Shown: piece after piece, positions 48,058-57,133 of the stretch
How positions within the stretch are numbered: the stretch's first letter is position 1
Layout of the letters: the number at the start of each line of letters is the position of its first letter
Source: Craspedostauros australis
Taxonomy: Eukaryota
DNA: 64,000 nt
Assembly: GCA_030167865.1 (NCBI GenBank)
Contig: JALAGF010000414.1
Coordinates: 1 to 64,000 of the forward strand
Direction: 5' to 3'
Made by a program: the position numbers and the translations under genes
Notes under the pieces: model-generated
Databases searched by the model: none
What the model saw: only the letters and a program-made list of their open reading frames with translations
Told to the model about the DNA's origin: nothing

Positions 48058-51000
48058 ATGACGACCGTCGCAAGCCCACACGCACTCGGAGGACTATCTT
48101 CCATCACGCCTACCACCACCCACAACGAAGATTTCAACGAAGAGACTTTCGAGACGACGAAGATGGGGCCCACGCCTCGGCAAGGAGATGCAGGTAGTGG
48201 CAATGTGAGTGTTGATGGATCCTCACAATTCAGCAACGGTAACTTGTTTTACCAGGAGCTTGCCTTTGACAAGGTTGGACTGATCGGAAGAGAGAAGGAG
48301 ATCCGAGTGCTGAGGCAAGCATTCCATACCACCTGCAGAAAGACCAAACGCAAGTCTTCTTCCATCACCCAAGCCAATCTTAGCATTGCGGACCATAAGC
48401 ATGACCAAAAGCAGAAACAGGAGGAGGAACAGGAGCACTCTCTCGTGACAGCTTCAGAGAGCGAACCTTCCCATGATCCAAGCATCGAGCAGAACAGCCA
48501 AGCAGTCGCAGTGGAGCCGATCTCAAAGCGGACCCTCGTTCTCATTTCGGGCCATTCCGGCAGTGGAAAGACCGCGCTCGCCATGCATGTGCGGCACATA
48601 GCATCAGGCAGCTCCCGCAACGGAGACAGCGACAGTGACGGCGGCCAGCGCGCATTTCACGGATTCTTTGCATCCGGCAAGTGCGAGATCTCCCAGAAGA
48701 ACGCCGAAGAACCCTACGCCGGCATCAGGCCCGCTCTCCTGGATCTGTGCAATCAGATCCTTTGTCTGCCCCGAGATGACGACGGCGGCGTGTTCGGCGC
48801 AGGCCGCCTATCGTCCGATGCTGACACAGCCTCAACAAGATCAGGATCGTCAACAAGCAGCAACCAGAGGTTGGCAGATGACCCTCGCAGGCTCTGCGAC
48901 CTCCGAGCGCTTCTGAAGCGCGGGTTGGCCAAAGGAGAGATTCAAGTCCTTTCCAATGTTCTACCAGATCTCCCACTCGTGATCCACGGCGCTGATTTCG
49001 AAGGGATCGATGCCAGCTTCGGAAACACAGGCACCGACATGTCGTATTCCAAAGATGACGAGTCTGTCGCTAGCATGTCAACGCATCTATCCAACCGCAA
49101 CAGCCGCGACCCTAGCAAGCCGTGGGGCGATCGCGTTGGCTACAAGGCTCACGGTGATAGACTGAAGTTCGCCCTGCGACGGTTCGTGCAGATCGTCTGC
49201 AACTACTGTCCGCTGATCTTCGTCGTTGACGATCTGCAATGGGCCGACGATGCTTCTCTGGGCATCCTCAATTCCTGGATGATCGATAGCAGAAACTCTT
49301 CGCTCATGGTGATCGGATGCTACCGATCCAACTTGCTCGAGGAGAACCGGACCCTCAAGACCACCCTCGTAGCACTCGACGAATCAAAGCGAGAGCGCTC
49401 GCTCCGCATCGTCAAGCTTCCTATCCAAGACCTGGAGAAGCATCATATCAACCGGCTTTTGGTGGGCCTTCTTCGTCCCGAGGAATTCATTCAACGTGAC
49501 CACCTCGAGAGCAGCACGCATGAGGATGCAACGAATGACAGCTCGGAGTCCGTCCAGGTGCTCGCCAGTATCGTCCATAGCAAGACGGACGGCAATCCAT
49601 TCTTCATCCAGCGTTTCCTTCATTCTCTGGTCCACGAACGATTGCTGCAGTACGATGAGACCGCCCACGCATGGACGTGGGATGACGAAGGCATCCAGGC
49701 AGAGTCGCCATCCACCGACAACATCATCGAGTTGCTGAAGGTCAAGCTCATGCAGCTTCGCCATGCCCGTCAGATCCTCCCGATCGCAGCCTGCTTGGGA
49801 GCATCGTTCTCCTATGCCACGGTCTGCATCGTCATGCGTGGCCTCTCCATCCACTCGGCTCATTCCGCCTTCATCATCAAGCTCTTCGGTATCAGCCGCT
49901 TCATCTCGGCGAATGAGATCTCGAAGATGCTGCGAGTCTGCGTGCGGGAGGGTCTACTCGAGGGATCGAGCAAGATGAAGGCGCACGGGTCGTCGTCGTC
50001 GTCGTCGTCGTTGTCAACGTCCTCACCTCCATCATCTGGCGCCAAGCATTCCAAGACGTCCTCCAAGAAGAAAGCCTCGATCTACAACTTCATCCACGAC
50101 AAGGTCCAAGAGGCTGCGCTCGATCTGGTAGATCCGAATCATCTCCAAGAGCTGAAGTACCGCGTCGGAGAAATCTTGCTGTTCGGGCTATCGACAGAAG
50201 AACTTGATGACAAGATCTTCATGGTCACCAACCTGCTCAATGCCAGGGCCGATCTCATCCCCGACTACTTCAAGGGCGATCGTCGGAAGCGAGCCATCAT
50301 GCTCAATTTCGACGCTGGCAAAAAGGCCATCAGCTGCTCCGCTTTCCGGTTGGCATCCACGTACTTCAAGGTCGCCATGAACATGATGCCGCCCAACCAT
50401 TGGGAAGTCATGAAGCAGGAAACGCTGGAGATTTACTCCGCGGCTGCTGAATGCGCATCCGTCAACTCGGACCTTGCTCGGGCTCGCACGTATTGCGACA
50501 CCGTCATCAACTCTGGCTGCGATATTCTGGACAAGATCGATGCCTACCTCACCCTGATCGATATTTCTGTGGCCGGGGCTGAAATGAAAGGCAAAGACTC
50601 GGTCGCCAGCGAGATCTGCATCTCCGTCCTTGCTCAGCTTGGTTGCAAGCTGCCCAAGGCTGGATTGAGAAGATCCTTCCGCGTCGTCACCTCAGTCTTT
50701 GGGCTGAGGCGTCTTGCGCGCTCGATGACGACGGAATCGATCGGAAGTCTTCCTGTAGTCACCGATAGGCAAGAATTTGCAATCATGGCGATGCTGGGGC
50801 GACTCACCACGGCTTCCTTCTTCTCCGACCCAGAACTGATTCCCATCATAACCTTAAAATCCATCCGCCGAACGCTGAAGTTTGGTGTGTCAGCGCAGTC
50901 AGCGAAGGCCGTCATGTTCCATGGCATCATCATGGGGTCCGTTATGGATGACTTTCAGGCCAGGAGCAACCTCGCGAAGGTTCTGTTCAAGATGGTGGAC

Positions 51001-51960
51001 ATGGTGAACGATCCAAACACGACGCTAGAAGCCTCCAATGCTTGCGAATCCATGCTGCAGCACTGGACGCAACCGATTGAGGATACGAAAGACACATTCA
51101 TGGAGACATATCACACTGGCATGGCAATCGGGGAAGTGGAAACCGCGGGATGGGCCGTATTGACTTCCCTGGGCGTTGATCTCATCATCGGGACACCTCT
51201 GCACGAGATCGATGCCATCCACGCGACGTATTCCAAAGTGCTGCTGGACTTCCATCAAAAGCTCCAGCACGCGTTGATGTTGGTTATGTGGCAAGCCGAT
51301 CTCAACCTACGTGCTGAGTCGAAGCATCGCATTTTGCTGGTGGGTGACGCGTTCGACGAGCGGTATGCAGCAGAGGGTAGCAACACAACCATCGTCGAAG
51401 CACAAACGAGCGCCATGATCTTGCACAAGATACGCCTGTGCGCGGTACTCGGCGACTACGAAGCAGGAGCCAAGATGTCGGTGGATGGACTCAAGGCCTA
51501 TCTGGCATCGTCCATGGGTGGGGCCATGGGGAGCAACCTCATGTTCCACAGCGTCCTTTGCTGGTATGCTGCTTCGCACGCCAAACCAGCCAACCGCGCA
51601 TACCGCAAGCTCGCTCGGAAGTACCACAGGCTCCTCAAGGATTGGAAGAAGCAAGGCCACCCCAACTGCCCACATTACATCACCATCCTGGATGCTGAGA
51701 AGAGCTACTTGGACGGACGCCTCAACACCGCAAGAGAGCACTACAAAGAGGCCATCAAGGCCGCTGCGAAACGGGGGTTCATTCACGATCAAGCCATGGC
51801 CAGCGAACGCCTCGGCGATTGTTCGATGGACTCCAGAGATGAGAAGAGTGCCAAGCAGTCGTACCGCGAGGCTGTGCGACTCTTCACGCAATGGGGGGCG
51901 ATGAGGAAAGTGGACGAGTTGAAAGCGAAGGTGGTACGTATTTTCGACGACTCAGCGTAA
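48058..51960 (+). CDS. STAND-class AAA ATPase with C-terminal TPR-like helical region (bacterial multi-sensor kinase core-like, no kinase domains), 1300 aa
   Basis: LIGREKE, Walker A GHSGSGKT, Walker B LIFVVDDLQWAD, GNPFF, FIHDKVQEAA; C-terminal Y.EAI.AA...GFIHDQAMASER...WGAMRKV; intronless. Confidence 0.9.
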   Translation: MTTVASPHALGGLSSITPTTTHNEDFNEETFETTKMGPTPRQGDAGSGNVSVDGSSQFSNGNLFYQELAFDKVGLIGREKEIRVLRQAFHTTCRKTKRKSSSITQANLSIADHKHDQKQKQEEEQEHSLVTASESEPSHDPSIEQNSQAVAVEPISKRTLVLISGHSGSGKTALAMHVRHIASGSSRNGDSDSDGGQRAFHGFFASGKCEISQKNAEEPYAGIRPALLDLCNQILCLPRDDDGGVFGAGRLSSDADTASTRSGSSTSSNQRLADDPRRLCDLRALLKRGLAKGEIQVLSNVLPDLPLVIHGADFEGIDASFGNTGTDMSYSKDDESVASMSTHLSNRNSRDPSKPWGDRVGYKAHGDRLKFALRRFVQIVCNYCPLIFVVDDLQWADDASLGILNSWMIDSRNSSLMVIGCYRSNLLEENRTLKTTLVALDESKRERSLRIVKLPIQDLEKHHINRLLVGLLRPEEFIQRDHLESSTHEDATNDSSESVQVLASIVHSKTDGNPFFIQRFLHSLVHERLLQYDETAHAWTWDDEGIQAESPSTDNIIELLKVKLMQLRHARQILPIAACLGASFSYATVCIVMRGLSIHSAHSAFIIKLFGISRFISANEISKMLRVCVREGLLEGSSKMKAHGSSSSSSSLSTSSPPSSGAKHSKTSSKKKASIYNFIHDKVQEAALDLVDPNHLQELKYRVGEILLFGLSTEELDDKIFMVTNLLNARADLIPDYFKGDRRKRAIMLNFDAGKKAISCSAFRLASTYFKVAMNMMPPNHWEVMKQETLEIYSAAAECASVNSDLARARTYCDTVINSGCDILDKIDAYLTLIDISVAGAEMKGKDSVASEICISVLAQLGCKLPKAGLRRSFRVVTSVFGLRRLARSMTTESIGSLPVVTDRQEFAIMAMLGRLTTASFFSDPELIPIITLKSIRRTLKFGVSAQSAKAVMFHGIIMGSVMDDFQARSNLAKVLFKMVDMVNDPNTTLEASNACESMLQHWTQPIEDTKDTFMETYHTGMAIGEVETAGWAVLTSLGVDLIIGTPLHEIDAIHATYSKVLLDFHQKLQHALMLVMWQADLNLRAESKHRILLVGDAFDERYAAEGSNTTIVEAQTSAMILHKIRLCAVLGDYEAGAKMSVDGLKAYLASSMGGAMGSNLMFHSVLCWYAASHAKPANRAYRKLARKYHRLLKDWKKQGHPNCPHYITILDAEKSYLDGRLNTAREHYKEAIKAAAKRGFIHDQAMASERLGDCSMDSRDEKSAKQSYREAVRLFTQWGAMRKVDELKAKVVRIFDDSA

Positions 51961-53231
51961 AGATACGGCTCTGTGTGGTTTGAGGAGCTCTGGAGTACTC
52001 CACTCGTACACTCGTCGAGAGTGCTGTTAGCCATGGGAGGACGCTACCGGTGCAAATGCATGCATGCCGACATGCCGGGTTCGAGAATGCGTCAATACCA
52101 GGTAGGTATTGCGCAGCGTACGAGAGCAGAGTAGAGTCTTGGGGTTGATCGATGGTGTAAATAGACAGTGTAGCAAAACACGATTAAAAGTAGAATACTT
52201 TACTCCAAGCGCATCTTGCAATGTCATCAAGTTTTGTGCCTGGCTTCCCTTGCCTCGTGCTTTGGTGGAGGATCGAGAGGGTCACATTTTAGGCAACCCG
52301 AACGAGGCATGACCACCTCAGCTCCACAGGCAATCTCAAAAGTCAGAGCAATACCTTGACATCGCCCTGGCTGTCATTACTGTATGAGTACAACGTAGCG
52401 AATCTCATATTTCAACAGTCGCAAACACTCAGAACGATGAAGTCACAAGGCGACTTCAATGTTTGGGTGCCGCAAGCAAGTGTTTCTCCCACAGAAACGA
52501 GGAAATCTCCACCACCAATACCTCGGTGACGTTCGTCTCCCCACAACCGCATTACAGCTCGTACGGATAGCTCGCATTGGTGGGTACCGACGGAACCTCT
52601 GGTCGCCAACAAAGGCAACGCCAAGAGAGACCCGACATTGATTTGCTCTATTTGGAGGCGCCCGAGTGTGATGAATGACAGTGTGCGGTACCAGTGGTAA
52701 CGGGTGCCCCAGCCGCCATTCTCCGGAGCCCAGCAGAGCAAGTGCTTTGCGGCCGCCGTTGGGGGTGCGAAAAGCTCTCGCAGGCCGCCCGGGTAACCAG
52801 CTCATGAACTCGAGTATAGTACTCCGCAACAGGATGACATCCCGACATCGTCTCGCATTCCGCCCATTCTCCAAAACTTGTGCGCGTGGGAAATGCGATT
52901 ACTCCACAGTTACTCTACAAGCCAGAGCGTTTCACGGTTGATTCACTCGGACAGGCTTGGAAAACCTTGAATGAATAAATGCGCCATGTTCGGTCTGCAT
53001 GTCGGTCGTGCATGGTTTCAATCTACGCTTGCAGGACACTCTACTTGTTCCAACACCAGTCCATCCCAAGTGACACGCAGGGATGCCAAAGACCATGCAT
53101 ACTCGTCCTAGTAGAGTGACAGTATATATATTGCATGCCACATACACATAGTAGTGCACTCCATGTTGTAGTTCCCTCTTCCGTTCGTACGAGTTTCTTC
53201 TCGCAGATACTCGTATGGCGCCGTGCACTAT

Positions 53232-55037
53232 TCAACGGTATCGAAAGTTGCGTCTCTGCTGTTGATGCCGCTGTTGCGATTGCTGCGGCCGCCGCTTATC
53301 TTTGCTTGGGATCTTGCGAATGAAAAACATCAAGCCCAACCTCCTCGCAACACTTTCGTATCCGCCGTACTCGTGAATCTTGGCATCGAGATCAGGACGT
53401 TCCCAGATGTCCAGCTTCTCGGCTGTGGGCATCCGCAGGTAGGGATACTTCAACGGAGGCTTGTGCACAAAATGATCCTCGCGGACAAGCCCAAGCAAAT
53501 CGATTGCAAATACCAAATCGAATGGGCCCCAATTCATATCATCTCCGTAGTAATTGGAGTGAGATGCGCCCGGTTGATCCTGAAGCAAGCTAGATGACGA
53601 AGTTGATGCTCGCCGTGCGTCTGCGTTCCTGTCGCTCATGCCAAACTTGTTGGCGACGAATTTGCGACCTCCGTAGTACGTCACGAGCTTGGCCAATTCT
53701 GGATTCCTATCGCGGACTTCCACCATGACAGGGAAGCGCGAATAATCGCCATCATAGTATTCATCCAAATAGGATCGCAGGAATACGAGCATTTGGTACA
53801 GACCTTCGAAGTACCACCAATCCCGAAACTCCACCATCCCTGCTAGGCGGCCGATCGCCCGAACACCGCCGTGACGCTTTATGGCTTGATGCAGGTCGTA
53901 CCGCCCCTCCTTGATGAGTTCGCTTGCGCGCGGCATCCAAACGGATGGCCGTTGGTGCTCTGCCTGGTACCCGTCTACGTAATCAAACAACTCCTTGAGG
54001 ATGGTTCGGAGATCCCAGAAATTCTTTGGGCGTCTGATGCCGTTGTACGTCCATTTGGAATCGTCTGTGCTGCTGCTGCTATTATCACCGCCGTTGTTGG
54101 TGACGGATGTTACATTGCTGGATTTGGCAACGACATCTTCGTTTGCAGTGTCAGGATGGCAGGGATCATCGCCGGTGTGTTGTTGCTGCTTGGGTGATGA
54201 CGGCGGCTTGAGAAGGCTGAGATTGGAATCAGCCTGGACCAAGGCATTCATGAACGACGGCATCCTCCGGACTGCATCCGTCCACCTACCTGGCATGATG
54301 ATGGTTCGTTCATTTCCCAGAAGCATGGCAAGCTCACTGCGTCCAGTGTACTTGGCTATCATTGCGCGCAGATCGTGCCTCCCCCAATAATTGAGTAACC
54401 TTTCATTTGGGATGACGATGATGTTGTTCCTGTCTCTGTTTCTGCTGCTACCATTGTTGACACCCGTCCGTGTCGCATGCTCCGATTCCGTTGCATGATG
54501 AGAAGGACGGATCAGCGTCTCCAGATCCTGGGCGATGCCCGCATTGTGCGACCATGCATGCTGCAGCTCTGCCTCGACATTGTCGAGATTGCTCCAATAA
54601 TGCCGCGGTTTCCGATTCTGATGTCGCCGTCGGCGCTGCATCTTCGATCGAGAATTGCTGGCGGGTGCGTCACGCGGCACGAAGGACTTTGTTGATGGTT
54701 TTGGTTTCGGTGTTGGAGGCACTTTAACTTGAGGCGTTGCTTTTGATGTCGTTGTTGCCATTGCTGTTGTATTGATCTGCATGTTGCCAACGGAATAGGT
54801 GCCGACGTCATCCGCGCCACGTTTGGACGCAAGTGACGACGCAGCAGGCCGCGGGTCGAGCGCTGATAGTCTTCGCTGGTTGCGGCTGAACGATCGCGTC
54901 GATCGTTGATTTATCATCGTTGGAGGAGAGTGCCTGCTGGCCCTCACGTTCCCCGTCGCTGCAATGGCATGCCGCGGCTCGAACGAAGCGACATGTGGAA
55001 TCGTCTGCAAGCAACAGGCCCGTGCGAATAGCAACAT
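53232..55037 (-). CDS. Uncharacterised repeat protein (four 'GRxDL...GG...VA..LG' modules), possibly plastid-targeted; start uncertain (frame open to 55307)
   Basis: Long open frame with repeated modules; hydrophobic N-terminal stretch followed by VASF-EP and an R/S-rich segment. Confidence 0.78.
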   Translation of the reverse strand: MLLFARACCLQTIPHVASFEPRHAIAATGNVRASRHSPPTMINQRSTRSFSRNQRRLSALDPRPAASSLASKRGADDVGTYSVGNMQINTTAMATTTSKATPQVKVPPTPKPKPSTKSFVPRDAPASNSRSKMQRRRRHQNRKPRHYWSNLDNVEAELQHAWSHNAGIAQDLETLIRPSHHATESEHATRTGVNNGSSRNRDRNNIIVIPNERLLNYWGRHDLRAMIAKYTGRSELAMLLGNERTIIMPGRWTDAVRRMPSFMNALVQADSNLSLLKPPSSPKQQQHTGDDPCHPDTANEDVVAKSSNVTSVTNNGGDNSSSSTDDSKWTYNGIRRPKNFWDLRTILKELFDYVDGYQAEHQRPSVWMPRASELIKEGRYDLHQAIKRHGGVRAIGRLAGMVEFRDWWYFEGLYQMLVFLRSYLDEYYDGDYSRFPVMVEVRDRNPELAKLVTYYGGRKFVANKFGMSDRNADARRASTSSSSLLQDQPGASHSNYYGDDMNWGPFDLVFAIDLLGLVREDHFVHKPPLKYPYLRMPTAEKLDIWERPDLDAKIHEYGGYESVARRLGLMFFIRKIPSKDKRRPQQSQQRHQQQRRNFRYR

Positions 55038-55744
55038 GACATGGAGTATGACGTGGAATATGGTGGGGAACACCACAGACCGAGGCCGCTTCGTCTTGGC
55101 AGATGCCAAGCCCGCGCAGGACTCGGTTACTCTTCTACCATGAGCGACTCCGCAGTGAGCGTGGGTGCCATGTTGCATCTCGCACTGGATCTTATCGATT
55201 TGTGACACCGGTGTTGCTGTCATCGCATTCCATTCATCGTGCGAGGGCGTTGTCGGAGTTTGTGCTGATCGACGATGTGGATCCTGTTGCCGAATTGGCG
55301 GCCACATGCTCTGTTGTGGAGAATGCTGTCAGGGATTGGACCAACACCGCCTTCGCCAAGAGCGTCCAGATTGTTTCGCTATCACTTCCACGTGGAACGA
55401 GCTTTTGTCCGACACTTCCACAAAGTTGAGAACAGAAGGCAGCCCACGATGGTGATGGTACGGACGACAATCGCCGGAGCAAGCAATCATTATCCTTTTC
55501 ACGGCCACCAACAGAGAACATCAACAAGCTGATCTCTAACACTCACAGATATCGATGTCTCCAGAGTGTTCTATGTATAGTAGTCTGATCATGTTTGTGT
55601 TGTGATGGTCGGGACAGATCTGTGAACAGCTATCGTGCAATAATTTCACAGCACAATGATGCGTGGAGGACTCAATTGTAGTATATTTAAATTCAATTTT
55701 GACCAACAGCGTCAGCACAACAGCAGCAAGAATCTGCCAGTTTC

Positions 55745-55816
55745 AGCTGCGTGGCGCAGAGGAAGCGTGCCAGGCTCATAACCTGGAGGTCGGTGGATCG
55801 AAACCACTCGCAGCTA
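55745..55816 (+). tRNA. Initiator tRNA-Met(CAT), copy 1
   Basis: A1-U72 pair, anticodon loop CTCATAA, initiator-type T-loop GATCGAAAC, downstream TTTTT. Confidence 0.93.
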
Positions 55817-55939
55817 CATTTTTGCACGAAAGTGTCGTCAATGGGCAACGCGCGGCTTTCTTTTGGCTGGACTTTGAGCACCTCCGTTGCACTGGAAGTT
55901 AGGAGAGTGCAACACTCGCAGCAAGGATCAGCTTGTATC

Positions 55940-56011
55940 AGCTGCGTGGCGCAGAGGAAGCGTGCCAGGCTCATAACCTGGAGGTCGGTGGATCGAAACC
56001 ACTCGCAGCTA
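55940..56011 (+). tRNA. Initiator tRNA-Met(CAT), copy 2
   Basis: Identical 72-nt copy starting 195 bp after copy 1. Confidence 0.93.
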
Positions 56012-56304
56012 CACTTTTACACGATGGACTCAGCGAGGGAAGGGTGTGTGTTTCTTTTGCATGAACTTGGAGCATCCCGATGCACTCGAACTTGAGAGGC
56101 TGTGGCATTCTCTCTCGAGGGACAGAGAGGGTTTTCTTTTTTAAGGCTGGCCAATGAAGCGCTCCATGAAATGCTCCATTTATACTCCTTTGAACTCGGC
56201 TCAACCAGTCCGTAGTCGGTCTTATCGCATCATGCTTCTCCCTTCTGCTACGGTAACAATGGATGCAGTCAACATCGCATCACTCAGAACCAAACTCCCT
56301 ATTA

Positions 56305-57133
56305 GGGAGTTATTGCATGTAAAATGAAGCCACCCCTGGAACCTGTCGTGGCGACAACGAGTGGGGAGCCCTCCCGAAAACGTTTGCATCGGCGTTGGAT
56401 CTTGGAGGGACTGGATTTAATCTGTGTAGTCGTACATCTGGGTCGTGATTGCTCCCTTCCCTCATTCTTTCGTAGAATTTGTTGGCACCACATTTCCATC
56501 CCGAAGCCGGAGGACCTGATGGCAAACCAATTCTTGATGTTCTCTTCTCCAGACCGACAATGTTTTTTGCACACACCTTCTCCCTGCCTCCTCCTGCCCA
56601 TCAGTTCCGCTTGGGTGCTTCCCTCTCCCCCATCACCTTCTCTTCACATGCCATTGCAGCTCCATATCTCAACGACCTGGGGTTGTTCCAGCCTCAGTTC
56701 GCCTCTTACGCTCACAACGTCAGCATGCTCACAAAGGACTTGGTGGACAACACCATTGGGTTCATCGACGGGATATTCAGGGCCACATGCTGACTGATGT
56801 ACAACCAGCAGATGACATACTCTGGGCACAAGCATATGAACAGGATTGAGTTCCAGGGAATTGTTGGTGTGGATGGCTTGATCCTGCATTTCTATGGTTC
56901 AATCCTTGGAAACTGCCACAATTTGTTCATGCTCCACGAGAGTGGCGTCAAGCCAAGGATGAGGGAATTGATACCTCTTCCAGGGTTCCAAAGGCCATAC
57001 CGTTTGGACAGTGATCCAGTGTATCACAATGGCATTCGTGTTTGATGCATTTTGCAATGCAGCTGAGGGTTCCCCACAAGCTATGTGTAATAGGAACATG
57101 CCCTCTGCGCGGATCTGTGTCGAATGGGAGTTC
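56305..57133 (+). mobile_element. Degenerate PIF/Harbinger (DDE_Tnp_4-like) transposase remnant
   Basis: IGFIDG...C*...YSGHKH...FQGIVGVDGLILHFYG...LHESG...DSDPVY...SARICVEW, with stops at 56791 and 57043 and a frameshift. The left end TTA|GGG at 56302-56307 is tentative. Confidence 0.8.
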
